From assembly GCA_964593905.1 (NCBI GenBank), contig CAZQLE010000002.1, positions 3,387-67,386 of the forward strand: DNA of 64,000 bases, written 5' to 3'. Position 1 is the first letter of the stretch. Each line of letters starts with the position of its first letter. The stretch is from an uncultured Anaerolineaceae bacterium (GTDB lineage Bacteria; Chloroflexota; Anaerolineae; Anaerolineales; Anaerolineaceae). Below, in pieces: positions 10,125-19,804 of this stretch. A program made the position numbers and the translations under genes. Under the pieces are notes generated by a model. That model saw only the letters and a program-made list of their open reading frames with translations. It searched no databases and was not told the DNA's origin.

Positions 10125-11261
10125 TCACCGTTCTGCGGTGTGAATCTCCCATAAAATGATTTCGGGCGGGCATAAGAAGCGCACCCGCGGCGCTCCTTCG
10201 CCTTCCATGCCAATTCCCCGGGTGATATAGAGGGTGAGATTAGATAGTCGGTAACGCCCGGCCTCAAACGCCTTGCCATACAGCGACCCGGTGACCAGCG
10301 CGCCAGACAGCGGCAAGCGCACCTGCCCGCCATGTGTGTGACCTGAAAGCTGGAGGTCGATGGGCAGCTTTGCGGCGCTGGGGGCCAGATCGGGGGTGTG
10401 ATAAAGCAAAATATTAAAGTGTTCGGGGTCTGGTTGCAGTGATTGCAAAGTCTGAATATCATCCTGAGGGCGATGGGTGCAGCCCAGGCCCAGGACCGAA
10501 AACTTCTGTCCTTCCCAGGTCAAATCGATTTTCTCATCCTGCAGCCAGGTAACCGGTAGATCTTTCAACAGGCCTGGAAGAACCTCTTTGAGGTCAACGG
10601 CCGGGCTGCCAGAAACGAGATAGACACCGAGCGGCGCGGACCATTCGCGGATGATTTTTTGTGCATCCTGGTGGGCTATTGGATCGCGCAGGTAGGTTAA
10701 GTTGAGGATATCGCCGGAGAAGAGGATCAGATCTGGTTTCAATTCCTGTATTTTTATTTGCAGATCCAATTCGCGGCGGGTGATTCTTTCGATATGCAAA
10801 TCACCGAGGTGAAGGATGCGTAACGTTTTTTGATGATTTAACTTGGCGGTTGTCAGGGTCTGGTGGGTAACTGTGATTCGATGCGGTTCCACATAGAAGC
10901 CGTAAAGAACCAGCAGCGTGCCGAGCACTTGCAGCGGCGCGGCAATGAGGGGCGGTAAAACCGCAAAAAAGCCTCGTGCAAGTGCCAGCAGCAAAACGGC
11001 CGGTTGGGCGGGGCCGTAAGAGAGACCCTTGCGAGGGAGGATGGACAGGAGAACCCAGTCTAAAATAAAAAATGCCAGCAGGGTTGCGGCAAATTTCACT
11101 TGAAATAGAGAAAAAGCATAGGCCAAAACCGCTAAAAGAACAAAGAACACAGCACCGGGAAGTTTTTCAATTTTTGCCAGACCTTTTAAGATTACATCAA
11201 ATGTGTTGCCCTCTTCACCGGGATATTTCTTAAGTTTGGAGAAATCAAGCTCTTCAATCAC
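10125..11261 (-). CDS. Membrane-anchored metallophosphoesterase (calcineurin-like)
   Basis: N-terminal hydrophobic helices, then HLGDLH, SGDILN and GHTHGGQ motifs. GTG start with AGGTAGG upstream. Confidence 0.75.
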   Translation of the reverse strand: MIEELDFSKLKKYPGEEGNTFDVILKGLAKIEKLPGAVFFVLLAVLAYAFSLFQVKFAATLLAFFILDWVLLSILPRKGLSYGPAQPAVLLLALARGFFAVLPPLIAAPLQVLGTLLVLYGFYVEPHRITVTHQTLTTAKLNHQKTLRILHLGDLHIERITRRELDLQIKIQELKPDLILFSGDILNLTYLRDPIAHQDAQKIIREWSAPLGVYLVSGSPAVDLKEVLPGLLKDLPVTWLQDEKIDLTWEGQKFSVLGLGCTHRPQDDIQTLQSLQPDPEHFNILLYHTPDLAPSAAKLPIDLQLSGHTHGGQVRLPLSGALVTGSLYGKAFEAGRYRLSNLTLYITRGIGMEGEGAPRVRFLCPPEIILWEIHTAER

Positions 11262-11419
11262 AATAACCTACCTGCAATTTACGCAAACGGATTTGTTAAA
11301 AACTACATTGACTAGGTTAATCCAATTCAGGCAGATTGTCAAATTGTGCCTGAGGGATGAAAAATAAAAGAGACCGCCCGGTATTTTCGGGCGGCCTGGA
11401 TGGGGACAAACCTGATTTC

Positions 11420-13120
11420 TCACCAATTGATCAGGTCATCCATATCTTTGTCGGGTACATCGAAAATTGCCCCGGTGGGGGGCAGCGCCTCTTCGGTCAT
11501 CCATTCGGGCAGCCGATCATGGGCGGGGGTAAACCCGGCCTGGCGGTTAAACGCTCGTTCCAGCTTGATGGTTTCTTTGCCAAGGTCAGCCAGAATGTTT
11601 CGTTCAACGCCCCAGTCATAGCGGGCATTGATCAAATCTCTCAGGGTTGAGGGTGCGGCGGCAAACCCGAACCCGGCAAAAATGCAGGCCCCTAATGTGT
11701 CGTACCCTGCCATGTTGATCTGGGCATTGCGTGATAGGTTTACCTGACCCTCCGGGTTGAGGTGATCGACCTTGGCGCGAATGGTGAGGCCGCTGGTGTG
11801 ATCGGCGCCTTGCGCGCTGGTGGCATAGGTCACCCCGGTGCCCTTGATTGCTCGCGGGTCGTATGCTGAAATGGCCTGATTTTTAACCACTGGCACCCGG
11901 CGCACCCCTAAAACTTTGCCGGTGATTCCGGCCCCACAGCCCAACAGACGACCGAGCGGGGTGCCGCGATAGATTTCATCCATCAGCTCCATCGCCCGCA
12001 TTCCATCGCCAAAGGCCAACAATCCGGCTTGAGCGGCGACGCCCATTGCCGCCCCCAGGTCGATGGTGTCGAGCCCCAGGTCATTTGCGTACCAGTTCAG
12101 CTTTGCGATGGTATCCAGGTTGTCGATGCCAAGATTCGATCCCATCAATCCGATGGTTTCATATTCCAGCGGCGAAACGGTCGAATTTCCATCCTGATCG
12201 CCAAAGTGATTGGAACAACGAATGGTGCAGCCTGCCATGCAGGCGTGGGTTGGATTGCTGGGTCTGGGGCGGTCTAATAGCGTTTGGCGCAGGGTCTCTC
12301 CGGTGATCGACTCAATTTCTTCAAATTGCCCATCGGAAAAACCCCGGGTTGGTAGCGCACCGAGACCATTGCACAGCGCCGCAATGCCGGCTGTGCCGAA
12401 GTCGCGATAGACCGCAGTCTGGGGCTGGGCCATCAGGGCCTGGGTAAATTCCTTTTGTGCGGTCTTGAATGCTTCAATATTCCGGATGGGCGGTTTTTCG
12501 CCCTGACTGCCATCCCAGATGATGGCTTTGATCTTTTTTGAGCCCATTACGGCCCCCAGGCCGCCGCGCGCATTGATGCGCGATGGGATGCCGTCTTTGT
12601 CCAGGTTCTGAATGCCGGCGGACAAGAGCTGCATTTCTCCGCCCAACCCGATTAGGGAAATGGCTACTTTGCTGCCGAAGCGGTCGATAAGGTGTTTTGC
12701 GGTTTCATAGACGCCTTTGCCGGTGAGATTGCCGGCTGGTTCAAAGGAGACCCCGCTGTGGGATACGATCATCAGTTGAAAGGCTGCTTCCGGGGGCTCA
12801 TCTTCGATGATCAAGGTTTTGATGCCCAGGTTTGTAATTTGCAAACCGGTGGAACCACCGGCGTTGCTTTCCTTAATTCCACCAGTCAGCGGGCTTTTTC
12901 CGCCAACCGAGATGCGGTCACAGCTCGACAGCATGTGACCGACCAGTAAACCCGGGGCAAAGATGAGTTTGTTATGTCGGCCAAGGGGATCGCAGGCGGC
13001 AGGTACTTCATCCAGCAAGATGCGTGCAATTAACCCCCTGCCCCCCAGCCGATCCCAGGTTTCAGGAACTGCTTCACAGTTGAAGGTTTTCGTACGGACA
13101 TTGACTCGCCAGACCTGCAT
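11420..13120 (-). CDS. aor: Aldehyde:ferredoxin oxidoreductase family (tungstopterin enzyme)
   Basis: N-terminal AOR_N-like RVNVRTKTF...RLGGRGLIARIL and an AOR C-terminal domain. ATG at 13120 is preceded by GGGAGGTGG; the track GTG start lies inside this RBS. Confidence 0.85.
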   Translation of the reverse strand: MQVWRVNVRTKTFNCEAVPETWDRLGGRGLIARILLDEVPAACDPLGRHNKLIFAPGLLVGHMLSSCDRISVGGKSPLTGGIKESNAGGSTGLQITNLGIKTLIIEDEPPEAAFQLMIVSHSGVSFEPAGNLTGKGVYETAKHLIDRFGSKVAISLIGLGGEMQLLSAGIQNLDKDGIPSRINARGGLGAVMGSKKIKAIIWDGSQGEKPPIRNIEAFKTAQKEFTQALMAQPQTAVYRDFGTAGIAALCNGLGALPTRGFSDGQFEEIESITGETLRQTLLDRPRPSNPTHACMAGCTIRCSNHFGDQDGNSTVSPLEYETIGLMGSNLGIDNLDTIAKLNWYANDLGLDTIDLGAAMGVAAQAGLLAFGDGMRAMELMDEIYRGTPLGRLLGCGAGITGKVLGVRRVPVVKNQAISAYDPRAIKGTGVTYATSAQGADHTSGLTIRAKVDHLNPEGQVNLSRNAQINMAGYDTLGACIFAGFGFAAAPSTLRDLINARYDWGVERNILADLGKETIKLERAFNRQAGFTPAHDRLPEWMTEEALPPTGAIFDVPDKDMDDLINW

Positions 13121-13142
13121 TGAAACCACCTCCCTGTGTAAA

Positions 13143-14432
13143 TTAACCGATCACAGCTTTCATTGAATCGCGGAAAATTTTCAAGGCGCGGTCAATTTCA
13201 TCTGTGTTTACCACCAAAGGCGGAATCCAGCGGATGACATTATCCCAGGGACCGCAGGTTAAAATGAGCATTCCGTTTTCCTGGCATTTTTTGGCCACGG
13301 CTTTGCAGGTGGCTTTATCGGGGCGGCGGAGTTCATCTCGAAACTCAACGCCGATCATTAGACCCAACCCGCGCACTTCTCCGATGACCGGGAAATCGGC
13401 CTGAATTTCATGCAAGCCTGCAAATAACTGTTTGCTGCGCTGCAGGGTATTTTGGAGCATGTTCTCTTCGCGCATGGCGCGGATGGTGGCAACGGCACCG
13501 GCTGCGGCAACTGCATTGCCGCCAAATGTGCCGCCGTGTGATCCGGGAATCCATTTTTTCATGATTTCCAGACGGCTGATGACGCCTGAAATGGGCAGCC
13601 CGGAGCCCAATCCTTTGGCGATGGTCATGATATCTGGCACGATGTCTTGATATTCATGAGCAAACCAGCGGCCGGTGCGACCAAAGCCCGACTGGATTTC
13701 ATCGGCGATTAACATAATACCGTGTTGATCGCAGATTTTGCGCAGCGCCTGCATGAACGTTTCCGGCGGCACCACATATCCGCCTTCTCCAAGAACCGGT
13801 TCGATCAGAATGGCTGCGGTTTCCCAGGGGGCGGTCTGGCTGGTGAAGAGGTTATCCAATTCTTCCAGGCAGAACAGCACAGTTTCATCTACAGACCAGC
13901 CATACCGATAGGCATAGGGATAGGGGGCAACAAAAACACCCGGCATCAGCGGCTGGTAACCTGCCTTATACACCGTCTTGGATGTGGTAAGCGTCATTGT
14001 ACCGACGGTTCGACCGTGAAAACTGCCCTGAAAGACGATGACATTGGGCCGGCCGGTTGCGTGACGCGCCAACTTAACCGCCCCTTCAACGGCTTCTGCA
14101 CCAGAGTTGCTGAAAAAGAATCCATCCAGTGTGGGGGGGACGATCGTTTTTAATTCACGCACCAGCTCTAACATGGGGCGGTGATAGACAATATTTGCCT
14201 GACCGTGTAACAATAAACCGGCCTGCTGGCGAATTGCTTCGACCACTTTCGGGTGACAGTGCCCGGTGTTGGTTACGCCAATCCCGCAAGTGAAATCCAG
14301 CCACGCTTTACCGCGCTGGTCGATGATCCAACACCCTTCGGCATGGTCGACAATGATGTCGGTCATATGCGTCCAAACCGGAGAAAGGTTGGGGAGCACA
14401 TCCTCAAATAAGTCGGTTTTTTGTTTGAGCAT
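13143..14432 (-). CDS. Class III (omega) aminotransferase, GabT-like
   Basis: PLP-fold motifs SGAEAVEGAVKLAR, DEIQSGFGRTG and TIAKGLGSG (Lys). 22 nt upstream of aor. Confidence 0.8.
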   Translation of the reverse strand: MLKQKTDLFEDVLPNLSPVWTHMTDIIVDHAEGCWIIDQRGKAWLDFTCGIGVTNTGHCHPKVVEAIRQQAGLLLHGQANIVYHRPMLELVRELKTIVPPTLDGFFFSNSGAEAVEGAVKLARHATGRPNVIVFQGSFHGRTVGTMTLTTSKTVYKAGYQPLMPGVFVAPYPYAYRYGWSVDETVLFCLEELDNLFTSQTAPWETAAILIEPVLGEGGYVVPPETFMQALRKICDQHGIMLIADEIQSGFGRTGRWFAHEYQDIVPDIMTIAKGLGSGLPISGVISRLEIMKKWIPGSHGGTFGGNAVAAAGAVATIRAMREENMLQNTLQRSKQLFAGLHEIQADFPVIGEVRGLGLMIGVEFRDELRRPDKATCKAVAKKCQENGMLILTCGPWDNVIRWIPPLVVNTDEIDRALKIFRDSMKAVIG

Positions 14433-14510
14433 CGCACCACCTCAAAAAAGGATTTTGGGATGGGGGGCTTTGCGCCACCCCAATCCCAATTAATAACCAA
14501 AAGCAGCAGA

Positions 14511-15743
14511 TCAGGCGGCAGCTTTTTCGGCCCGGGGTTCCATCTCTTTCATTCCCCATGGGAAGCCATATTCATTCATCAGCTCCATATAGGGGATCGG
14601 GTCAAACGCTTCGGGGCCGAGAACGCCAACACCTTTCCACAGACCTTTTTCCAATAGCTCCATGCCGATGACGGCGTTGAAAGCCGTCTGGGCAACCACG
14701 GCCTGGCAGTGAAAGCGGCCCATACAATCGTCATTATCGGCCACCTGGTAGAGGTATACTTCGCGGGGTTTGCCGTCTTTCCAGCCTTTGATCCAGGTGC
14801 CTGCACAGGTTTTGCCAGACATCTGGTCACCCAGATGCGCCGGATCGGGAAGGCAGGCGGCCACAACATCGCGCGGGGCAACCATCACACCCTTGACGTT
14901 GATTTTCTCTTTGTTGTCCAGGCCGATCATTTTCAAGACTTTGAGGACATTGATGAAATCATCTCCCAGCCCATACTTAAAAGTGACCCGTTTGGTTTTC
15001 ACCCAGCGGGGAACCAGAAGAACTTCTTCGTGCTCTACATTTACACACTCAACCGGCCCAATCCCTTCAGGGAATTCGAAGATCTCTTTTCCTGAGAAAG
15101 GTTCGGTGGTGAACCATCCTTTTTCCTTTTCCCAGACCACAGGCGGGTTCAGACATTCTTCGATGGTGGTCCAGATGGAGAAATTGGGGGCAAAATCATA
15201 GCCATGCACGATCAGGTTTGCCCCGTCGCGGATGCCGATCTCATCGATTTCATCAAAGAGATAATCTTGCGCATAGCGGGCAAAGACATCCGCCATACCA
15301 GGTTCAACACCCAGGCCAACCAGAGCCAGAATGCCCTTCTCTTCCCATTTTTTGGCGCGTTCGAATTGATAATCTCCCAGCTTCACCCCGCATTTTTGAT
15401 AGGGATCGGTTGGGTGAAGCTCTGAGAGGGTCATGGCCATATCCATATAATGCGTTCCCACCTCGAAAGCAGCATCAAAAATGGGTTCATTGAAAATAGG
15501 ATCGCAGGCGTTCATAATCAAATCGACCTGGTGCTTTTTCGCCAGCTCGACGATTAATTCTTTTTTCCCGGCATCCACCCACTCAACGGGAAAGCGGGCT
15601 GTATCACCGAGTTTTGTTTGAACTTCGAGTGCGCGGTCCTTGTTGTAATCGGCCAGAACCATCGTTTCACACCAGGATCGCCTGGATGCGATGACAGCAA
15701 TGGACTCTCCAACGCCACCTACGCCGACGAGTAGGACCTTCAT
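14511..15743 (-). CDS. Saccharopine dehydrogenase family NAD(P)-binding protein
   Basis: Rossmann N-terminus MKVLLVGVGGVGESIA. Length and layout are typical of the saccharopine/carboxynorspermidine dehydrogenase family. ATG is preceded by GGAGG. Confidence 0.7.
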   Translation of the reverse strand: MKVLLVGVGGVGESIAVIASRRSWCETMVLADYNKDRALEVQTKLGDTARFPVEWVDAGKKELIVELAKKHQVDLIMNACDPIFNEPIFDAAFEVGTHYMDMAMTLSELHPTDPYQKCGVKLGDYQFERAKKWEEKGILALVGLGVEPGMADVFARYAQDYLFDEIDEIGIRDGANLIVHGYDFAPNFSIWTTIEECLNPPVVWEKEKGWFTTEPFSGKEIFEFPEGIGPVECVNVEHEEVLLVPRWVKTKRVTFKYGLGDDFINVLKVLKMIGLDNKEKINVKGVMVAPRDVVAACLPDPAHLGDQMSGKTCAGTWIKGWKDGKPREVYLYQVADNDDCMGRFHCQAVVAQTAFNAVIGMELLEKGLWKGVGVLGPEAFDPIPYMELMNEYGFPWGMKEMEPRAEKAAA

Positions 15744-15933
15744 GAGCAAGCCTCCTTCAGGTTATTACCGGATTGATTCATAAAACGGAATATTTTTCAG
15801 GACTTAAAGACAGTATAGGTTGACTGTCTGATGTAAAAAAGTTGGATGGGCACAATCTTTGTTGTTCATTATGCACAAAAAGGAGCGCTCACTAAAAAAG
15901 TGAGGCTTTTCTTTCGCTTTTTACCGGTTTATG

Positions 15934-15983
15934 CCAAAATTCTGTGCCAGTATGCCAAAAGAGCGCAGCATACCGACACAGAA
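15934..15983 (-). terminator. Intrinsic terminator after the PatA-like gene
   Basis: On the minus strand, UUCUGUGUCGGUAUGC...GCAUACUGGCACAGAA forms a 16-bp stem (2 G-U pairs) followed by UUUUGG. This splits lrp-patA from the downstream operon. Confidence 0.7.
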
Positions 15984-16003
15984 CGCGGCAGCAAAAAACT
16001 TTG

Positions 16004-17380
16004 TTACAACGTCTGGTTTATTTCGACGAGTGTATCTTGCAATCGATTTAGCACTTCATTGATCTGTTCATAAGAAATGATCAAGGGAGGCTCAATGCGA
16101 ATGGTGGATGCGCTGATGAGCGTGCCGGCGGTTAGAACCCCGCGGCGGAATAACCCAGAGGCCACTTTGTATCCAACTTCGCTGTCATGGAAGTGCATGC
16201 CGATTAATAGGCCCTTGCCGGTGATGGTTTTGAATATTTGAGGATACTGTGCGGCAAAATTCTGCAACTGTTTGGTCAGATAGTCGCCTTTTTCTGCTGC
16301 GGCCAGCCATAATTGGTCTCGCAGGGTCACCTGGATGGCTGCGATGGCTGCTGCGCAGGCCAGCGCTCCGCCGCCAGTGGTGGTGGTGTGAATGAACGGA
16401 TTGGGCGTCATCATCACCTGCCAGATCTCTGGTGTAGACATGAAGGCTGAAACCGGCATCACCCCGCCGCCCAGCGATTTGGCCGTGGCAATGATATCTG
16501 GCTCGACCCCCCAGTGCTCTACTCCCCATAATTTTCCGGTGCGGCCCAGCCCGGTTTGAACTTCATCTGCAATAAGCAGCACCCCGTGTTTGCGGGTGGC
16601 CGCACGAATTCGGGGCCAAAAATCATCGGGTGGAACAATGGCGCCTGCTTCACCCTGGATCGGTTCCATAATGACCGCTGCGATATCGACGCCAACCTGG
16701 CTGCAAATATCGAGCTGCTGCTCCACGGCAGATGCATCTCCAAAGGGCACATGATACACCGGGCCGCCGTAGAGTAAACCAGGCGGTGTGCGAAAGTCTT
16801 TTTTGCCCATTAGACTGAGCGCCCCAAGCGTTTTGCCATGAAAGCCGCGCACGGCCGAGATGAGGCCGTTTTTGTGGGTATACATTTTTGCCAGCTTAAT
16901 GGCGCCCTCAATGGCCTCGGTGCCGCTCGCAGCAAAAAAGCTGTATTGAATATCACCGGGGGTGATCAGCGCCAACAGGCGTGCCAAAACACCGCGTAAG
17001 GGATCGATTAATTCCTGTGTGGGCATGGGGGTGCGCCGAAGCTGGGCGGCGACGGCTTCGACAACCTCAGGATGCCGCCAGCCGAGATCCATCATGCCAT
17101 AGCCTCCCAGGCAATCAATAAATTCGCGTCCCAGCACATCGGTAAATTGAGCGCCCTGGCCTGTCCATTCTACGACCGCCCAATCTCCTGCTTCCAGAAT
17201 CGATTTTCGATACTCCAGCCAGCCCTGGTTAAAGTGATTTGAAAAATTGAAAACAGACTCTTCGATGATTTTTCGGCCTTCAGCAGGGGTGATGGATGGC
17301 CGTTGGATAAAGTCTAACCACTCGCCGGCGTACTGAATGGCGCTTGCGTAGTTGTTTGTGTATGCAGTTGAAGGTTTCAT
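16004..17380 (-). CDS. patA: Putrescine/diamine aminotransferase (YgjG/PatA-like class III aminotransferase)
   Basis: Long colinear resemblance (from memory) to E. coli YgjG: GWLEYRKS, EFIDCLGGYG, ELIDPLR, VIMEPIQGE, DEVQTGLGRTGK, AKSLGGGVMP, TIRIEPPL. Confidence 0.75.
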   Translation of the reverse strand: MKPSTAYTNNYASAIQYAGEWLDFIQRPSITPAEGRKIIEESVFNFSNHFNQGWLEYRKSILEAGDWAVVEWTGQGAQFTDVLGREFIDCLGGYGMMDLGWRHPEVVEAVAAQLRRTPMPTQELIDPLRGVLARLLALITPGDIQYSFFAASGTEAIEGAIKLAKMYTHKNGLISAVRGFHGKTLGALSLMGKKDFRTPPGLLYGGPVYHVPFGDASAVEQQLDICSQVGVDIAAVIMEPIQGEAGAIVPPDDFWPRIRAATRKHGVLLIADEVQTGLGRTGKLWGVEHWGVEPDIIATAKSLGGGVMPVSAFMSTPEIWQVMMTPNPFIHTTTTGGGALACAAAIAAIQVTLRDQLWLAAAEKGDYLTKQLQNFAAQYPQIFKTITGKGLLIGMHFHDSEVGYKVASGLFRRGVLTAGTLISASTIRIEPPLIISYEQINEVLNRLQDTLVEINQTL

Positions 17381-17386
17381 GAGTTT

Positions 17387-17881
17387 TTAAGGGGATGAAT
17401 TCACCGGAATTTCTTCTTCAAAAAGGGAAGCCGGCAGCTCCCACCGCTGAGGATTCTTGATGATCATGGGAACGATGGAGGTTGAAGTCTTTCTCACACC
17501 ATTAATCCTGGCGATGACTTCGGTGACAAAAGAATATAATTCCGGGTTGGATTTGGCGACGATTTGGATGCTGATATCGTTTTGACCCGTTGAACATGCG
17601 ACATAGGTGACTCGATCAAAGTCCGCAATTTTATGTGCAATCTCCAATACCATACTGGGTTCAACTTCAATGAATACATCTGCGATCACATTGAACCCAA
17701 TCGATTGAGGATTAGGAATTGCGCTGATCTGAATTATCTTCTCCTTTATCAACCGTTCCATGCGGTAGCGAATCGAGCGTTCTGAAATGTAACCCACCTC
17801 ACGCGCGATATCTGCGCACGACATGCGACCGTCAATGGCAAGCAAGTTGATGATTTTCTTGTCAATTTTGTCGAGTTTCAT
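17387..17881 (-). CDS. Lrp/AsnC family transcriptional regulator
   Basis: N-terminal HTH (KIINLLAIDGRMSCADIAREVGYISERSIRYRMERL) plus a C-terminal RAM/AsnC_trans_reg-like domain. Confidence 0.85.
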   Translation of the reverse strand: MKLDKIDKKIINLLAIDGRMSCADIAREVGYISERSIRYRMERLIKEKIIQISAIPNPQSIGFNVIADVFIEVEPSMVLEIAHKIADFDRVTYVACSTGQNDISIQIVAKSNPELYSFVTEVIARINGVRKTSTSIVPMIIKNPQRWELPASLFEEEIPVNSSP

Positions 17882-18010
17882 GGAGCGCCTCTTCCGATTT
17901 AGAAGTTATTATAGCGATTTTGTGTATAAATTGCAACAGGCCAGGCATGAGAAATGAAAATACCCCGCTGGGGTAGCCGGGGCAGGATGAAAAATCATAA
18001 CCAGGAAAAA

Positions 18011-18157
18011 TTAGATTGTGGTGACTACGTTGCTGAAAGCTCTTCCGATCATGGGTCCCAAAAGTGCCAGGACAACGATTACCACCAGGGCAACCAATAC
18101 CAGAATTAGCGCGTATTCAACAAGACCCTGACCTTTTTCTCTGGGTGCAAACAACAT
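18011..18157 (-). CDS. flp: Flp/Fap family type IVb pilin (48 aa), not in the ORF track
   Basis: MLFAPREKGQGLVEYALILVLVALVVIVVLALLGPMIGRAFSNVVTTI. Flp motif G/LVEYALIL followed by a hydrophobic helix. Strong RBS GGAGGGAGG 9 nt upstream of the ATG. Confidence 0.7.
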   Translation of the reverse strand: MLFAPREKGQGLVEYALILVLVALVVIVVLALLGPMIGRAFSNVVTTI

Positions 18158-18279
18158 CTTAAACCCCACCTCCCTCCATGAGAAATTCCATGATTAATTA
18201 TGCTGATATTCTGAATTCATTTCCATCCACATTTTTGAAAGGTTAACCAATGTGATTGCCCGGGCCGGGCAGATATTAA

Positions 18280-18316
18280 TAAAAACCAACAGGAGCAGGT
18301 TTTATCTGCTCCTGTT
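18280..18316 (-). terminator. Intrinsic terminator after gcvPB
   Basis: AACAGGAGCAG-7 nt-CTGCTCCTGTT perfect 11-bp stem followed on the minus strand by GGTTTTTATT. Confidence 0.7.
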
Positions 18317-18334
18317 GTAAAAAACGGATGATCT

Positions 18335-19804
18335 TTATTCTGCCAGCTGCTCGGGAATCCAACAGCAGAGCACCAGCTCGCGGGCTGCCTTAACCTCATC
18401 CATACGCCCGACAGGGGTATGATGGGGCGCCTGGGTGAGCAGTTCGGGCTGGGTGTGGGCCTCTTCAGCAATTTTGATCAGCGTATCGCCAAACGCATCC
18501 AGAGTCTGTTTGCTTTCTGTTTCGGTTGGCTCGATCATTAAGGCTTCGTGCACAATCAGCGGGAAGTAGTTTGTGGGTGGGTGGTAGTTATAATCCATCA
18601 GACGTTTAGAGACATCCAATGCGCGTACACCCGGTGCATCTTCCCACGCGCCTTCAATGACAAACTCGTGCATACAGATTCGGTCATAGGGAAGTTTGTA
18701 GTGTTTGCGAATTTTGGAGAGCAGATAATTTGCATTGAGAACGGCATTTTCTCCAATTGCGCGCAGCCCGTCAGGTCCGTACATGCTGATGTAGGTGAAA
18801 GCGCGCACCATCATGCCAAATTGACCCCAGTAGGATTTTACCCGTCCGATGGTTTTTTCTGGCATTACAAAACCATACAATGGAGGCAGTTCGTCGGAAC
18901 CTTCTTCGACCACGGCCACAATTGGACCCGGCAGAAAATCTGCCAGATGCGGCGCAACGCCGACCGGGCCGGAACCGGGACCGCCGCCCCCGTGAGGGGT
19001 GGAGAAGGTCTTATGCAGGTTGAAGTGCATCACATCGATGCCCAGATCACCGGGCCGTACGATGCCAAGCAGCGCATTCAGGTTGGCCCCATCGCCATAC
19101 ACCAGGCCACCGGCTTTGTGGACAATATCGACCACTTCGAGAATGTTCTCTTCAAACAGGCCGAGCGTGTTGGGGTTGGTGAGCATTAAACCGGCGACGT
19201 TCTGGTCGCAAACTTCGCGCAGCACTTTAAGATCAACGTTCCCGCGGGAGTCTGTCGGAACGGGGACAACTTCCAGGCCACTCATGGCAGATGTGGCCGG
19301 GTTGGTGCCGTGGGCCGAGTCGGGGATTAACATCTTCGTGCGTTTGGCATCGCCCCGTGACTGATGGTAGGCCGCAATGATCTTCACCCCGGTGAATTCG
19401 CCCTGGGCGCCGGCAGCAGGCTGCAAGCTTACGGCCGCAAACCCGCTGATTTCTTTTAGCCATTCCTGAAGGTCAAACATCAGATAAAGATTGCCCTGAA
19501 CGGTTTCTTCAGGCTGCAGCGGGTGGGTGAAAGCAAACCCTGGCAGACGGGCAACTTCTTCATTGATTTTGGGGTTGTACTTCATGGTGCAGGAACCAAG
19601 AGGATAGTATCCGCCGTCAATCGAATAATTTAACTTGGAGAGATTGGTGAAATGGCGGACTACATCCAGTTCGGATAGTTCAGGCAAATGCAGGTCCTGA
19701 CGCACCAGCCCTGCGGGGAGGTCTGCTGCGGGGACATCTGGATCGGGAAAACGCACACCCTGGCGGCCTACTGAAGACAACTCATAAATTGTAGGTTCAC
19801 TCAT
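18335..19804 (-). CDS. gcvPB: Glycine dehydrogenase (decarboxylating) subunit 2
   Basis: Start [10 protein letters not shown] overlaps the gcvPA stop (ATGAGTGA). PLP-Lys region [16 protein letters not shown]. Confidence 0.95.
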   Translation of the reverse strand: MSEPTIYELSSVGRQGVRFPDPDVPAADLPAGLVRQDLHLPELSELDVVRHFTNLSKLNYSIDGGYYPLGSCTMKYNPKINEEVARLPGFAFTHPLQPEETVQGNLYLMFDLQEWLKEISGFAAVSLQPAAGAQGEFTGVKIIAAYHQSRGDAKRTKMLIPDSAHGTNPATSAMSGLEVVPVPTDSRGNVDLKVLREVCDQNVAGLMLTNPNTLGLFEENILEVVDIVHKAGGLVYGDGANLNALLGIVRPGDLGIDVMHFNLHKTFSTPHGGGGPGSGPVGVAPHLADFLPGPIVAVVEEGSDELPPLYGFVMPEKTIGRVKSYWGQFGMMVRAFTYISMYGPDGLRAIGENAVLNANYLLSKIRKHYKLPYDRICMHEFVIEGAWEDAPGVRALDVSKRLMDYNYHPPTNYFPLIVHEALMIEPTETESKQTLDAFGDTLIKIAEEAHTQPELLTQAPHHTPVGRMDEVKAARELVLCCWIPEQLAE

